Assembly (NCBI RefSeq): GCF_988242995.1
Contig: NZ_OZ547043.1
Reading direction: 5' to 3' (one strand)
DNA: 64,000 bases
Below are positions 15,455 through 27,572 of the stretch, one piece after another. The notes under the pieces are model-generated. The model saw nothing but the letters and a program-made list of their open reading frames with translations. It searched no databases and was not told where the DNA came from. The stretch's first letter is position 1; each line of letters opens with the position of its first letter. The position numbers were made by a program, and so were the translations under genes.

Positions 15455-16186
15455 ATGAGCGAAATGATTTACGGCATCCACGCAGTGCAGGCCCTGCTGG
15501 AGCGCGCCCCTGAACGTTTTCAGGAAGTCTTTATTTTAAAAGGCCGTGAAGATAAACGTCTGTTACCGCTGATTCACGCCCTTGAGTCCCAGGGCGTGGT
15601 TATCCAGTTGGCGAACCGTCAGTATCTCGACGAGAAAAGCGACGGTGCCGTGCATCAGGGCATTATCGCCCGCGTGAAGCCAGGACGTCAGTACCAGGAA
15701 AACGATCTGCCGGATCTGATCGCTTCGCTCGATCAGCCGTTCCTGCTGATCCTCGACGGTGTAACCGATCCGCACAACCTCGGCGCGTGCCTGCGTAGCG
15801 CGGACGCCGCAGGTGTTCATGCGGTGATTGTGCCGAAAGATCGCTCCGCACAGCTCAACGCCACGGCGAAAAAAGTAGCCTGCGGCGCGGCAGAAAGCGT
15901 TCCGCTGATTCGGGTGACTAATCTTGCGCGCACCATGCGTATGTTGCAGGAAGAGAATATCTGGATCGTCGGTACGGCAGGTGAGGCGGATCATACACTC
16001 TATCAGAGCAAAATGACCGGACGGCTGGCACTGGTGATGGGCGCGGAAGGTGAAGGTATGCGTCGCCTGACCCGTGAACATTGCGACGAGTTGATCAGCA
16101 TCCCAATGGCAGGAAGCGTTTCTTCCCTGAACGTTTCGGTTGCGACAGGGATTTGCTTATTTGAAGCGGTGCGTCAGCGCAGCTAG
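15455..16186 (+). CDS. rlmB: 23S rRNA (guanosine2251-2'-O)-methyltransferase RlmB
   Basis: 243-aa SpoU-family ORF. Confidence 0.95.
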
Positions 16187-16203
16187 TTCCTCTGAATTAT
16201 GAA

Positions 16204-16234
16204 AAGCCATCCAGATTTGGATGGTTTTTTTTTG
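16204..16234 (+). terminator. rho-independent terminator after rlmB
   Basis: Hairpin gccatcca-gattt-tggatgg followed by 9 T. Confidence 0.7.
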
Positions 16235-16312
16235 TGTTTAGCTGGTAAGATAATTACGTACTGCAAATATTCATTTTGTTAATATTTAAACTAAATCTAT
16301 ATGGAATAATAT

Positions 16313-16714
16313 ATGACATGGAATCCGTTGGCGCTGGCGACGGCGCTGCAAACTGTACCTGAACAAAATATTGATGTAACAAATAGCGAGAACGCATTAA
16401 TTATTAAAATGAATGATTATGGCGATTTGCAAATCAATATTCTTTTTACTTCCCGCCAAATGATTATCGAAACCTTTATTTGTCCGGTGAGTAGTATCAG
16501 CAATCCAGATGAATTTAATACCTTCTTATTAAGAAATCAGAAGATGATGCCGTTGTCATCGGTAGGGATCTCCAGCGTACAACAGGAAGAGTATTACATT
16601 GTTTTCGGGGCGTTATCGCTTAAATCTTCTCTTGAAGATATCCTGCTTGAGATAACCTCACTGGTAGATAACGCATTGGATCTGGCTGAAATTACAGAAG
16701 AATATTCACACTAA
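16313..16714 (+). CDS. yjfI: uncharacterised protein YjfI (DUF2170)
   Basis: 133-aa ORF, first gene of yjfI-yjfC cluster. Confidence 0.85.
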   Translation: MTWNPLALATALQTVPEQNIDVTNSENALIIKMNDYGDLQINILFTSRQMIIETFICPVSSISNPDEFNTFLLRNQKMMPLSSVGISSVQQEEYYIVFGALSLKSSLEDILLEITSLVDNALDLAEITEEYSH

Positions 16715-16732
16715 TTACAAGGACGGGTATTT

Positions 16733-17431
16733 ATGGGAATTTTAAAAAGTTTATTTACGCTGGGGAAATCGTTTATCTCCCAGGCGGAAGAATCCATTGA
16801 AGAAACCCAGGGCGTGCGCATGCTGGAACAGCATATTCGTGACGCTAAAGCTGAACTCGATAAAGCCGGAAAATCTCGCGTTGATCTGCTGGCGCGGGTG
16901 AAATTAAGTCACGATAAGCTGAAAGATTTACGTGAGCGCAAAGCCAGTCTGGAAGCCCGTGCGCTGGAAGCGTTAAGCAAGAACGTTAATCCGTCTTTGA
17001 TTAACGAAGTTGCTGAAGAAATCGCGCGCCTTGAGAATCTCATTACCGCTGAAGAGCAAGTGTTGTCGAATCTGGAAGTCTCCCGTGATGGCGTGGAAAA
17101 AGCAGTTACAGCGACAGCGCAGCGTATCGCTCAGTTTGAGCAGCAAATGGAAGTTGTTAAAGCCACTGAAGCCATGCAGCGTGCACAACAGGCTGTAACA
17201 ACCTCTACCGTTGGCGCATCTTCCAGCGTTTCGACAGCGGCAGAATCCTTAAAACGCCTGCAAACGCGTCAGGCCGAACGTCAGGCTCGTCTGGATGCTG
17301 CTGCACAGTTGGAAAAAGTCGCAGACGGTCGCGATCTTAATGAAAAGCTGGCGGAAGCCGGAATAGGCGGTAGCAATAAAAGTAGCGCCCAGGATGTATT
17401 AGCAAGACTGCAACGCCAACAGGGCGAGTAA
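16733..17431 (+). CDS. yjfJ: PspA/IM30-family protein YjfJ
   Basis: 232-aa ORF, highly charged coiled-coil sequence typical of PspA/Vipp1. Confidence 0.88.
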   Translation: MGILKSLFTLGKSFISQAEESIEETQGVRMLEQHIRDAKAELDKAGKSRVDLLARVKLSHDKLKDLRERKASLEARALEALSKNVNPSLINEVAEEIARLENLITAEEQVLSNLEVSRDGVEKAVTATAQRIAQFEQQMEVVKATEAMQRAQQAVTTSTVGASSSVSTAAESLKRLQTRQAERQARLDAAAQLEKVADGRDLNEKLAEAGIGGSNKSSAQDVLARLQRQQGE

Positions 17432-17481
17432 TTTTTTTGCCAGCCTCACTGCAAGGCTGGCAACTATTTTAAGGATAAAAT

Positions 17482-18141
17482 ATGTCTGGTTTTTTCCAGC
17501 GTCTGTTTGGCAAGGATAATAAGCCTGCTATCGCTCGCGGTCCTCTGGGACTTCATCTCAATAGTGGCTTTACGCTCGACACGTTAGCGTTTCGTTTGCT
17601 GGAAGATGAATTGCTGATTGCGCTGCCGGGTGAGGAATTTACGGTAGCTGCCGTCAGCCGCATCGATCTGGGCGGCGGTAGCCAGATTTTCCGCTACTAC
17701 ACTTCGGGCGATGAATTTCTGCAAATCAATACCACCGGCGGTGAAGATATTGATGACATTGATGATATTAAGCTCTTTGTCTATGAAGAGAGCTACGGTA
17801 TCAGTAAAGAGAGCCACTGGCGCGAGGCGATCAACGCCAAAGCGATGGGGGCTATGACCTTAAACTGGCAGGAAAAACGCTGGCAGCGATTTTTTAACAG
17901 TGAAGAGCCGGGAAATATCGAACCCGTCTACATGCTGGAAAAAGTAGAAAATCAAAACTATGCCAAATGGGAGGTCCATAATTTTACCATGGGCTACCAA
18001 CGGCAAGTAACCGAAGATACTTACGAATATTTGCTGCTAAATGGTGAGGAATCTTTTAACGATCTCGGCGAGCCAGAGTGGTTATTTTCGCGCGCGTTGG
18101 GTGTCGATATCCCGCTGACATCACTTCATATTATTGGTTAA
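17482..18141 (+). CDS. yjfK: uncharacterised protein YjfK (DUF2491)
   Basis: 219-aa ORF. Confidence 0.85.
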   Translation: MSGFFQRLFGKDNKPAIARGPLGLHLNSGFTLDTLAFRLLEDELLIALPGEEFTVAAVSRIDLGGGSQIFRYYTSGDEFLQINTTGGEDIDDIDDIKLFVYEESYGISKESHWREAINAKAMGAMTLNWQEKRWQRFFNSEEPGNIEPVYMLEKVENQNYAKWEVHNFTMGYQRQVTEDTYEYLLLNGEESFNDLGEPEWLFSRALGVDIPLTSLHIIG

Positions 18142-18158
18142 TTACAAGGACGTTTACA

Positions 18159-18557
18159 ATGCATATACTGGATTCTCTTCTTGCCTTTAGTGCCTATTTT
18201 TTTATTGGCGTGGCTATGGTGATTATTTTTCTGTTTATCTATTCTAAAATTACACCGCACAACGAATGGCAGTTAATCAAAAACAATAATACCGCGGCGT
18301 CACTGGCGTTCAGCGGTACATTGTTGGGTTACGTGATCCCCTTATCCAGTGCGGCAATCAATGCGGTGAGTATTCCAGACTATTTCGCCTGGGGCGGGAT
18401 TGCTCTGGTGATTCAATTACTCGTTTTTGCTGGCGTCAGGCTTTATATGCCCGCATTAAGCGAAAAAATTATTAATCACAATACCGCAGCAGGAATGTTT
18501 ATGGGAACCGCCGCACTGGCTGGCGGTATTTTTAACGCAGCTTGTATGACATGGTAA
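18159..18557 (+). CDS. yjfL: small inner-membrane protein YjfL (DUF350)
   Basis: ORF 18078-18557; start at ATG 18159 (MHILDSLLAF...) gives 132 aa; multiple hydrophobic segments. Confidence 0.85.
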   Translation: MHILDSLLAFSAYFFIGVAMVIIFLFIYSKITPHNEWQLIKNNNTAASLAFSGTLLGYVIPLSSAAINAVSIPDYFAWGGIALVIQLLVFAGVRLYMPALSEKIINHNTAAGMFMGTAALAGGIFNAACMTW

Positions 18558-18566
18558 TGGACGATC

Positions 18567-19205
18567 ATGGCCAGAAAACGCAAATCAAGAAATAACAGTA
18601 AAATTGGTCACGGAGCGATCAGTCGCATTGGTAGACCGAATAATCCTTTTGAACCGCGTCGCAATCGTTACGCACAAAAATACTTAACGTTGGCGCTAAT
18701 GGGCGGTGCCGCTTTTTTCGTATTGAAAGGTTGTGGCGATAGTGGCGATGTCGATAACGACGGCGACGGAACGTTTTACTCGACTGTGCAGGATTGTATT
18801 GATGACGGTAATAATTCAGATATCTGTGCTCATGGCTGGAACAACGCCAAAGCGGCGTTTTATGCCGATGTTCCGAAGAATATGACTCAGCAGAATTGTC
18901 AGTCTAAGTATGAAAATTGTTACTACGACAACGTTGAACAGAGTTGGATCCCGGTCGTTTCTGGATTTTTGTTAAGCCGGGTTATTCGTAAAGATCGCGA
19001 TGAGCAGTTTGTTTATAACAGCGGCGGTTCCTCTTTTGCTTCGCGCCCCGTCTGGCGCAACACTTCTGGTGATTACTCCTGGCGCTCCGGTTCTGGCAAA
19101 AAAGAGTCTTACTCTTCGGGCGGCTTTACCACCAAAAAAGCGTCAACCGTTTCTCGCGGCGGCTATGGTCGTTCTTCCAGCGCCCGTGGGCATTGGGGAG
19201 GCTAA
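18567..19205 (+). CDS. yjfM: uncharacterised protein YjfM (DUF1190)
   Basis: 212-aa ORF; basic N-terminus, one hydrophobic segment, Cys-rich middle, Gly/Ser-rich tail. Confidence 0.85.
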   Translation: MARKRKSRNNSKIGHGAISRIGRPNNPFEPRRNRYAQKYLTLALMGGAAFFVLKGCGDSGDVDNDGDGTFYSTVQDCIDDGNNSDICAHGWNNAKAAFYADVPKNMTQQNCQSKYENCYYDNVEQSWIPVVSGFLLSRVIRKDRDEQFVYNSGGSSFASRPVWRNTSGDYSWRSGSGKKESYSSGGFTTKKASTVSRGGYGRSSSARGHWGG

Positions 19206-19207
19206 TC

Positions 19208-20371
19208 ATGCTAAGACACAACGTTCCTGTGCGGCGGGATCTGGACCAGATCGCCGCTGACAACGGTTTCGACTTTCATATCATCGACAATGAAATCTAT
19301 TGGGACGAGAGTCGGGCTTACCGTTTTACTCTGCGCCAGATTGAAGAGCAGATCGAAAAACCGACTGCGGAACTGCATCAGATGTGCCTTGAGGTGGTAG
19401 ATCGCTCGGTTAAAGACGAAGAGATCCTGACGCAACTGGCGATCCCGCCGTTGTACTGGGATGTGATCGCCGAAAGCTGGCGCGCACGCGATCCTTCGCT
19501 GTATGGCCGGATGGATTTTGCCTGGTGTGGCAATGCGCCGGTGAAGCTGCTGGAGTACAACGCCGATACGCCAACCTCGTTGTATGAATCGGCTTATTTC
19601 CAGTGGCTGTGGCTGGAAGATGCCCGGCGCAGCGGCATTATTCCGCGTGATGCCGATCAGTACAATGCCATTCAGGAACGCCTGATTTCGCGCTTTAGTG
19701 AGCTTTACAGTCGGGAACCGTTTTATTTTTGCTGCTGTCAGGACACCGATGAAGACAGGACTACCGTGCTGTATTTGCAGGACTGCGCCCAGCAGGCTGG
19801 GCAGGAGTCGCGGTTTATCTACATTGAAGATCTCGGTTTGGGCGTCGGCGGTGTGCTGACCGATCTTGATGATAATGTCATCCAGCGTGCATTTAAGCTG
19901 TATCCGCTGGAGTGGATGATGCGTGACGATAACGGTCCGCTGCTGCGCAAGCGCCGCGAGCAATGGGTGGAGCCGTTATGGAAAAGTATCTTGAGCAACA
20001 AAGGGTTAATGCCGCTGCTTTGGCGCTTCTTTCCTGGTCATCCTAACCTTCTTGCATCCTGGTTTGAGGGCGAAAAACCGCAGATTGCCGCTGGCGAAAG
20101 CTATGTGCGTAAACCGATCTACTCGCGCGAAGGCGGCAATGTCACCATTTTCGACGGTCAGAATAACGTCGTTGACCACGCTGATGGTGATTACGCCGAT
20201 GAACCGATGATCTACCAGGCGTTTCAACCTCTGCCGCGATTTGGCGATAGCTACACACTCATCGGTAGCTGGATTGTCGATGATGAAGCGTGCGGAATGG
20301 GGATCCGTGAAGATAACACGCTGATCACCAAAGACACCTCACGTTTCGTTCCGCATTACATTGCTGGATAA
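19208..20371 (+). CDS. yjfC: glutathionylspermidine-synthetase-like ATP-grasp protein YjfC
   Basis: ORF 19193-20371; start at ATG 19208 (MLRHNVPVRRDL...) gives 387 aa. Confidence 0.88.
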   Translation: MLRHNVPVRRDLDQIAADNGFDFHIIDNEIYWDESRAYRFTLRQIEEQIEKPTAELHQMCLEVVDRSVKDEEILTQLAIPPLYWDVIAESWRARDPSLYGRMDFAWCGNAPVKLLEYNADTPTSLYESAYFQWLWLEDARRSGIIPRDADQYNAIQERLISRFSELYSREPFYFCCCQDTDEDRTTVLYLQDCAQQAGQESRFIYIEDLGLGVGGVLTDLDDNVIQRAFKLYPLEWMMRDDNGPLLRKRREQWVEPLWKSILSNKGLMPLLWRFFPGHPNLLASWFEGEKPQIAAGESYVRKPIYSREGGNVTIFDGQNNVVDHADGDYADEPMIYQAFQPLPRFGDSYTLIGSWIVDDEACGMGIREDNTLITKDTSRFVPHYIAG

Positions 20372-20454
20372 GAATGTTTTAGCAATCTCTTTCTGTCATG
20401 AATCCATGGCAGTGACCATACTAAGGGTGACTGCCATTGATGGAGGGAGACACA

Positions 20455-22080
20455 GTGCACTGGCAAACTCACACCGTTTTTAATCAACCTATACCATTAA
20501 ATAACAGCAACTTATACCTGTCTGACGGCGCGCTCTGTGAAGCGGTAACGCGTGAAGGTGCTGGCTGGGATAGCGATTTTCTAGCCAGTATTGGTCAGCA
20601 GTTAGGAACGGCTGAATCTCTTGAACTGGGGCGGCTGGCGAATGTGAATCCGCCTGAATTATTGCGCTACGATGCGCAAGGACGCCATCTGGACGATGTG
20701 CGTTTTCACCCCGCCTGGCACTTGCTGATGCAGGCGCTATGTACCAATCGGGTGCACAATCTTGCCTGGGAAGAAGACGCTCGCTCCGGCGCATTTGTGG
20801 CGCGCGCGGCGCGTTTTATGTTGCACGCACAGGTTGAGGCAGGGTCGTTATGTCCGATAACGATGACCTTTGCCGCCATGCCATTGCTGTTACAGATGTT
20901 ACCCGCGCCGTTTCAGGACTGGACCACGCCGCTGTTGAGCGATCGCTACGATTCTCACTTATTGCCAGGTGGGCAAAAACGCGGTTTGTTGATTGGCATG
21001 GGAATGACGGAAAAGCAGGGCGGTTCCGATGTCATGAGCAACACCACCCGCGCAGAGCGCCTGGAAGATGGCTCTTATCGGCTGGTGGGGCATAAATGGT
21101 TTTTCTCGGTGCCGCAAAGCGATGCGCATCTGGTGCTGGCGCAGACTACGGGCGGTTTGTCCTGCTTTTTTGTGCCGCGCTTTTTGCCTGACGGGCAACG
21201 CAACGCGATTCGCCTCGAGCGGCTGAAAGATAAGCTGGGTAATCGCTCTAACGCCAGCTGCGAAGTGGAGTTTCAGGATGCCATTGGCTGGTTGTTGGGG
21301 CAGGAAGGGGAAGGAATTCGTCTGATCCTGAAAATGGGTGGGATGACGCGTTTTGATTGCGCCCTGGGTAGCCATGCCATGATGCGCCGTGCATTTTCGC
21401 TAGCGATTTATCATGCACATCAACGCCATGTTTTTGGTAATCCATTGATCCAACAGCCCCTTATGCGTCATGTCTTAAGTCGCATGGCACTTCAGCTTGA
21501 AGGGCAAACGGCGTTGCTGTTTCGTCTTGCGCGAGCGTGGGACCGGCGTGCCGATGCCAAAGAAGCTCTGTGGGCGCGTTTATTTACGCCTGCGGCGAAA
21601 TTTGTGATCTGCAAACGAGGTATGCCGTTTGTGGCCGAAGCGATGGAGGTGCTGGGCGGCATTGGTTATTGCGAGGAGAGCGAGCTGCCGCGGCTTTACC
21701 GGGAGATGCCGGTAAACAGTATTTGGGAAGGTTCCGGTAATATTATGTGCCTGGATGTACTGCGCGTGCTCAATAAGCAAGCAGGTGTATACGACTTATT
21801 GTCGGAAGCATTTGTGGAAGTGAAAGGGCAGGATCGCTATTTTGATCGCGCGGTACGTCGTTTACAGCAGCAGCTGCGTAAGCCTGCTGAAGAACTGGGG
21901 CGAGAGATTACTCATCAGCTATTCCTGCTGGGCTGCGGTGCGCAAATGTTGAAATATGCCTCTCCGCCAATGGCGCAGGCGTGGTGTCAGGTGATGTTAG
22001 ATACGCGCGGCGGCGTACGGTTGTCAGAGCAGATCCAGAATGATTTATTGCTGCGGGCGACGGGGGGAGTGTGTGTGTAA
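20455..22080 (+). CDS. aidB: acyl-CoA-dehydrogenase-like adaptive-response protein AidB
   Basis: ORF 20437-22080; GTG start at 20455 (HWQTHTVFNQPIPL...) gives 541 aa. Confidence 0.92.
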   Translation: MHWQTHTVFNQPIPLNNSNLYLSDGALCEAVTREGAGWDSDFLASIGQQLGTAESLELGRLANVNPPELLRYDAQGRHLDDVRFHPAWHLLMQALCTNRVHNLAWEEDARSGAFVARAARFMLHAQVEAGSLCPITMTFAAMPLLLQMLPAPFQDWTTPLLSDRYDSHLLPGGQKRGLLIGMGMTEKQGGSDVMSNTTRAERLEDGSYRLVGHKWFFSVPQSDAHLVLAQTTGGLSCFFVPRFLPDGQRNAIRLERLKDKLGNRSNASCEVEFQDAIGWLLGQEGEGIRLILKMGGMTRFDCALGSHAMMRRAFSLAIYHAHQRHVFGNPLIQQPLMRHVLSRMALQLEGQTALLFRLARAWDRRADAKEALWARLFTPAAKFVICKRGMPFVAEAMEVLGGIGYCEESELPRLYREMPVNSIWEGSGNIMCLDVLRVLNKQAGVYDLLSEAFVEVKGQDRYFDRAVRRLQQQLRKPAEELGREITHQLFLLGCGAQMLKYASPPMAQAWCQVMLDTRGGVRLSEQIQNDLLLRATGGVCV

Positions 22081-22140
22081 GCGTATACGACTGATGCGAC
22101 GCTGGTTTCGATTAACTCAATGAAATATGTGAAAATTGTT

Positions 22141-22175
22141 AGCCGGACAAGGCGCTCGCGCCGCATCCGGCATTG
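22141..22175. repeat. REP (repetitive extragenic palindrome) element
   Basis: gccggacaaggcgctcgcgccgcatccggca, typical REP consensus. Confidence 0.6.
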
Positions 22176-22196
22176 TTCATTTGCTGTAGATGACAC

Positions 22197-22472
22197 TCAC
22201 GCATACAGGATCGCCTGTACGCGCCAGTTATCAGGCTGCTGGTCTTCGTACATGGTAATAATGCGGTACCATGACGCACCTTGTTCATCGGCCTTTAACG
22301 CCACGATACGTTCCACGTCCTGCGGATCCCCTGAAATATTGCTAACTGAGATCTGACCTATTTCATTCAGGCCCGTCACGCAGTCAGCACTGGCGAATTC
22401 TGCAGACTGTGCCGTGGCGCTCGCAGGATAAGTCACTAATTGCAGCGAGGGTGAGGCAAGTAATTGTTTCAT
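22197..22472 (-). CDS. yjfN: DUF1471 (YhcN-family) periplasmic protein YjfN
   Basis: ORF 22197-22499; start at internal Met (MKQLLASPSL...) gives 91 aa; signal peptide. Confidence 0.85.
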   Translation of the reverse strand: MKQLLASPSLQLVTYPASATAQSAEFASADCVTGLNEIGQISVSNISGDPQDVERIVALKADEQGASWYRIITMYEDQQPDNWRVQAILYA

Positions 22473-22620
22473 CGTCAGCTCCATTTTTCGTTTCCCCACA
22501 TGTTGCAGGGCATTCCATCGCGGTAATAAACGCCCGAGCTTCCAGCCGGTAATTTATTGTGCACAGGTAAACGCATAGGGACGCAAAGCAATGTAAAGCT
22601 GACTATGTAAGTTGTCTGAT

Positions 22621-22950
22621 TTATTTACGGTACAAAATGGCTTGTGAATACCACTGTCCTGTCACGATGGTTTCGTCCACCATGACGACAACGTAATAAT
22701 CAGCTTTTGCAGCGATAGCTTTCGCTCTGATTTCTGCTAATGCGTCATCCGGAGAACCCCGAACCATCGTGCTTACGCTACCTATTCGCTGTAACCCTTG
22801 CGTCTGGTCGCGGCGAATCTCTTGCGGATGGTCCGTTACTGGCGGTGCTGGCTGTGGCGTACCTTGCAGTGCGCTACAGGCACTTAACATCAACACCAAT
22901 AATAAACTGGCAAACCGGTAAATAACGCTATTACGTTTCCTGCTAACCAT
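22621..22950 (-). CDS. bsmA: biofilm stress and motility lipoprotein BsmA (YjfO)
   Basis: ORF 22621-23049; start at MVSRKRNSVIYRF... gives 109 aa; lipobox LSAC. Confidence 0.85.
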   Translation of the reverse strand: MVSRKRNSVIYRFASLLLVLMLSACSALQGTPQPAPPVTDHPQEIRRDQTQGLQRIGSVSTMVRGSPDDALAEIRAKAIAAKADYYVVVMVDETIVTGQWYSQAILYRK

Positions 22951-23131
22951 AGTGTAGTGCCTTATTAATTTAACTTTGGGGGAATGTTCCCGAATTGTTA
23001 CCTGGTACGCGATTTTCGAATGAAAACGTGATGAAAGCGTAACCCACATCTCAACATTATGAACTAATACCGCCAGCAGAAACTTGTGCTAAGGATTTCT
23101 TCATGTCATACCAGACAAAAAGGAGAGACAG

Positions 23132-23881
23132 ATGATTGAAATAGAATCACGCGAGCTGGCAGATATTCCCATTCTTCATGCTTATCCTGTCGGGCAAAAA
23201 GATACCCCGTTACCGTGCGCGATTTTTTATCACGGCTTTACTTCGTCCAGTCTGGTGTATAGCTATTTTGCCGTTGCGCTGGCGCAGGCTGGTTTGCGGG
23301 TGATCATGCCGGATGCGCCCGATCACGGTAGTCGTTTTAGTGGCGACGCAGCGCGGCGGTTAAATCAATTTTGGCAAATATTGCTACAAAGTATGCAAGA
23401 ATTCACTACGTTACGTGCGGCAATAGCCGAAGAAAACTGGCTGCTTGCTGACCGTCTGGCAGTCGGTGGCGCGTCGATGGGCGCGATGACGGCACTGGGA
23501 ATTACCGCTCGCCACCCCACGGTGAAATGTACCGCCAGCATGATGGGATCGGGCTATTTTACATCGCTCGCCCGTTCACTGTTTCCACCGCTGATACCTG
23601 AAACGGCAGCACAGCAGAATGAATTCAATAACATTGTCGCGCCGCTGGCAGAGTGGGAAGCGACAAACCACCTGGAACAACTTGGTGACAGACCTCTACT
23701 GCTGTGGCATGGCCTTGACGATGACGTCGTGCCTGCCGACGAATCACTACGTTTGCAGCAGGCCTTAAGCGAGACGGGACGGGATAAACTGCTAACCTGT
23801 TCATGGCAGCCAGGCGTGCGTCACCGCATTACGCCTGAGGCGTTAGATGCTGCCGTGACATTTTTCCGCCAGCATCTTTAA
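23132..23881 (+). CDS. yjfP: alpha/beta-hydrolase esterase YjfP
   Basis: 249-aa ORF with GASMG nucleophile elbow. Confidence 0.9.
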
Positions 23882-24633
23882 ACACGCAGAATGCTGACCC
23901 CTTGCGCTTCCAGTTGTTGCAGGATTTCCGGGTTAGCATTTTTGCCGGTGATCAGCATATCGATTTGATCGGCACGGCTAAAAAGCATTCCCGCGCGTTC
24001 GCCAATCTTACTGCTATCAACCAGTACCACCAGTTTCCCTACCACGCTTAGCATCTTCTGCTCTGCCATTGCCGTCAGCATATCGGTTTTATACAACCCT
24101 TCTGCTGTCAGCCCTTTGCCGCTGGTAAACATCCAGTGCCCGGCATAGAGACTGTTTTCGCTGCCTTGCGGGCTTAAAGTGATGGACTGACTTTTGTTGT
24201 ACTGTCCGCCCATAATGATCACGCTGTCATGCTCCTGATCGATCAGGTAATTTGCCAGCGGTAGATAATTAGTGATGATTTGCACAGGCTTGCCACACAT
24301 TTCCCGCCCAAGCAGAAACGCGGTGGAGCCGCAGTTGATGACTACGCTTTCGCCCGGATTAACCAGCTGCGAGGCCGCTTTAGCAATACGTACTTTTTCA
24401 TCGTGATTCTGCGCCTGATGCAGATTCATCGGCGTCCAGCGCGGGCGCTGCTGGGTAATAGCTTCTGCGCCATTGCGCACTTTTTTCAGTTTGCCGCTTT
24501 CGTCAAGTTTATTGATATCGCGTCGCGCAGTGGCAGGCGAAATTCCCAGACGCTCAACGACTTTCTCAACGGTCACAAAGCCCAATTGTGCGAGCATTTC
24601 CAGGAGGATTTGATGTCTTTGTGCTTCAGTCAT
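23878..24633 (-). CDS. ulaR: DeoR-family repressor of the ascorbate regulon UlaR
   Basis: 251-aa ORF, N-terminal HTH ([43 protein letters not shown]). Confidence 0.95.
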
Positions 24634-24694
24634 GAGCTATTCCGATAAAATTTGATTTTTTTAGATGATATTTGAAATAGCCAGGAAATACTAC

Positions 24695-24728
24695 GCCGGA
24701 TAGCGCGAACTACTCCACGCTATCCGGT
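24695..24728 (-). terminator. candidate terminator downstream of ulaG
   Basis: Inverted repeat gccggatagcg...cgctatccggt. Confidence 0.4.
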
Positions 24729-24740
24729 ATAAACGACAGA

Positions 24741-25805
24741 TTACAGGAATGACTTGAACGGCAGATCCGGTTCAATAGTGAAGCAATCATCGAAACCACG
24801 CGGATAGTGGTACTCGAAGTTATCTTTATCCAACGGCCAGGTAAATTTGCCGCCCACCTGCCAGATAAACGGCTTGAAGCCATACTTCAGACGATCTTTT
24901 TTCATCTCCCACAGCACGCGGATTTCTTGCGGATCGGCCTGGAAGTTTGACCAGATGTCGTGGTGGAACGGGATAACCACTTTCGCATTCAGGGCTTCAC
25001 CCATACGCAGCATATCGGCGCTGGTCATTTTGTCGGTAATACCGCGCGGGTTCTCTCCGTACGAGCCTAACGCCACATCGATCTGATGTTCGTTACCGTG
25101 CTTCGCATAATAGTTAGAGTAGTGGGAATCGCCACTGTGATACAGGGAACCGCCAGGGGTTTTGAACAGGTAGTTTACTGCGCGATCGTCCATGCCATCT
25201 GGCAGTACGCCAGCCGCTTTTTGATCGGCAGGTAGGGTGATCAGTGCAGTACGGTCGAAAGCGTCAAGCGCATGAATTTCAATGTCTTTCACTTTTACAA
25301 CATCGCCCGGTTTGACCACGATGCAACGCTCTTTCGGTACGCCCCAGCCAATCCACAAATCAACGCAGGTTTTCGGTCCAATGAACGGTACGTCATCAGC
25401 ACAGTTCTGCATCACGGCAGCAGCGACGTTAACGTCGATATGATCGTTGTGATCGTGAGTCGCCAGTACCGCGTCGATCTGGCGAATCGCAAACGGATCA
25501 AGAACAAACGGGGTGGTGCGCAGGTTTGGCTGCAGTTTTTTCACGCCAGCCATGCGCTGCATCTGGTGACCCTGTTTCATTAACGGGTTACCGTGACTTT
25601 GTTTGCCAGTGCCGCACCAGAAATCAACGCAAACGTTGGTGCCACCTTCTGATTTCAGCCAGATCCCGGTGCAGCCTAGCCACCACATCGCAAATGTGCC
25701 AGGGGCGACCTGTTCTTGTTCAATTTCTTCATTCAACCAGCTACCCCACTCCGGGAAAGTGCTCAGGATCCAGGATTCACGGGTGATACTTTTCACTTTA
25801 CTCAT
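24741..25805 (-). CDS. ulaG: L-ascorbate-6-phosphate lactonase UlaG (metallo-beta-lactamase fold)
   Basis: ORF 24741-25811; start at [12 protein letters not shown] gives 354 aa; HxHxDH motif ([10 protein letters not shown]). Confidence 0.93.
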
Positions 25806-27557
<1,752 letters not shown>

Positions 27558-27572
27558 TAAGGAGTTTTGATT

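Noticed and set aside
18078-18158. 27-codon N-terminal extension of yjfL overlapping yjfK (similar upstream extensions for ulaD, fklB, ytfK, qorB, bsmA, msrA and fbp)
   Set aside because: The ORF track reports the longest frame; the downstream ATG reproduces the expected protein length and avoids extensive overlap with the preceding gene.
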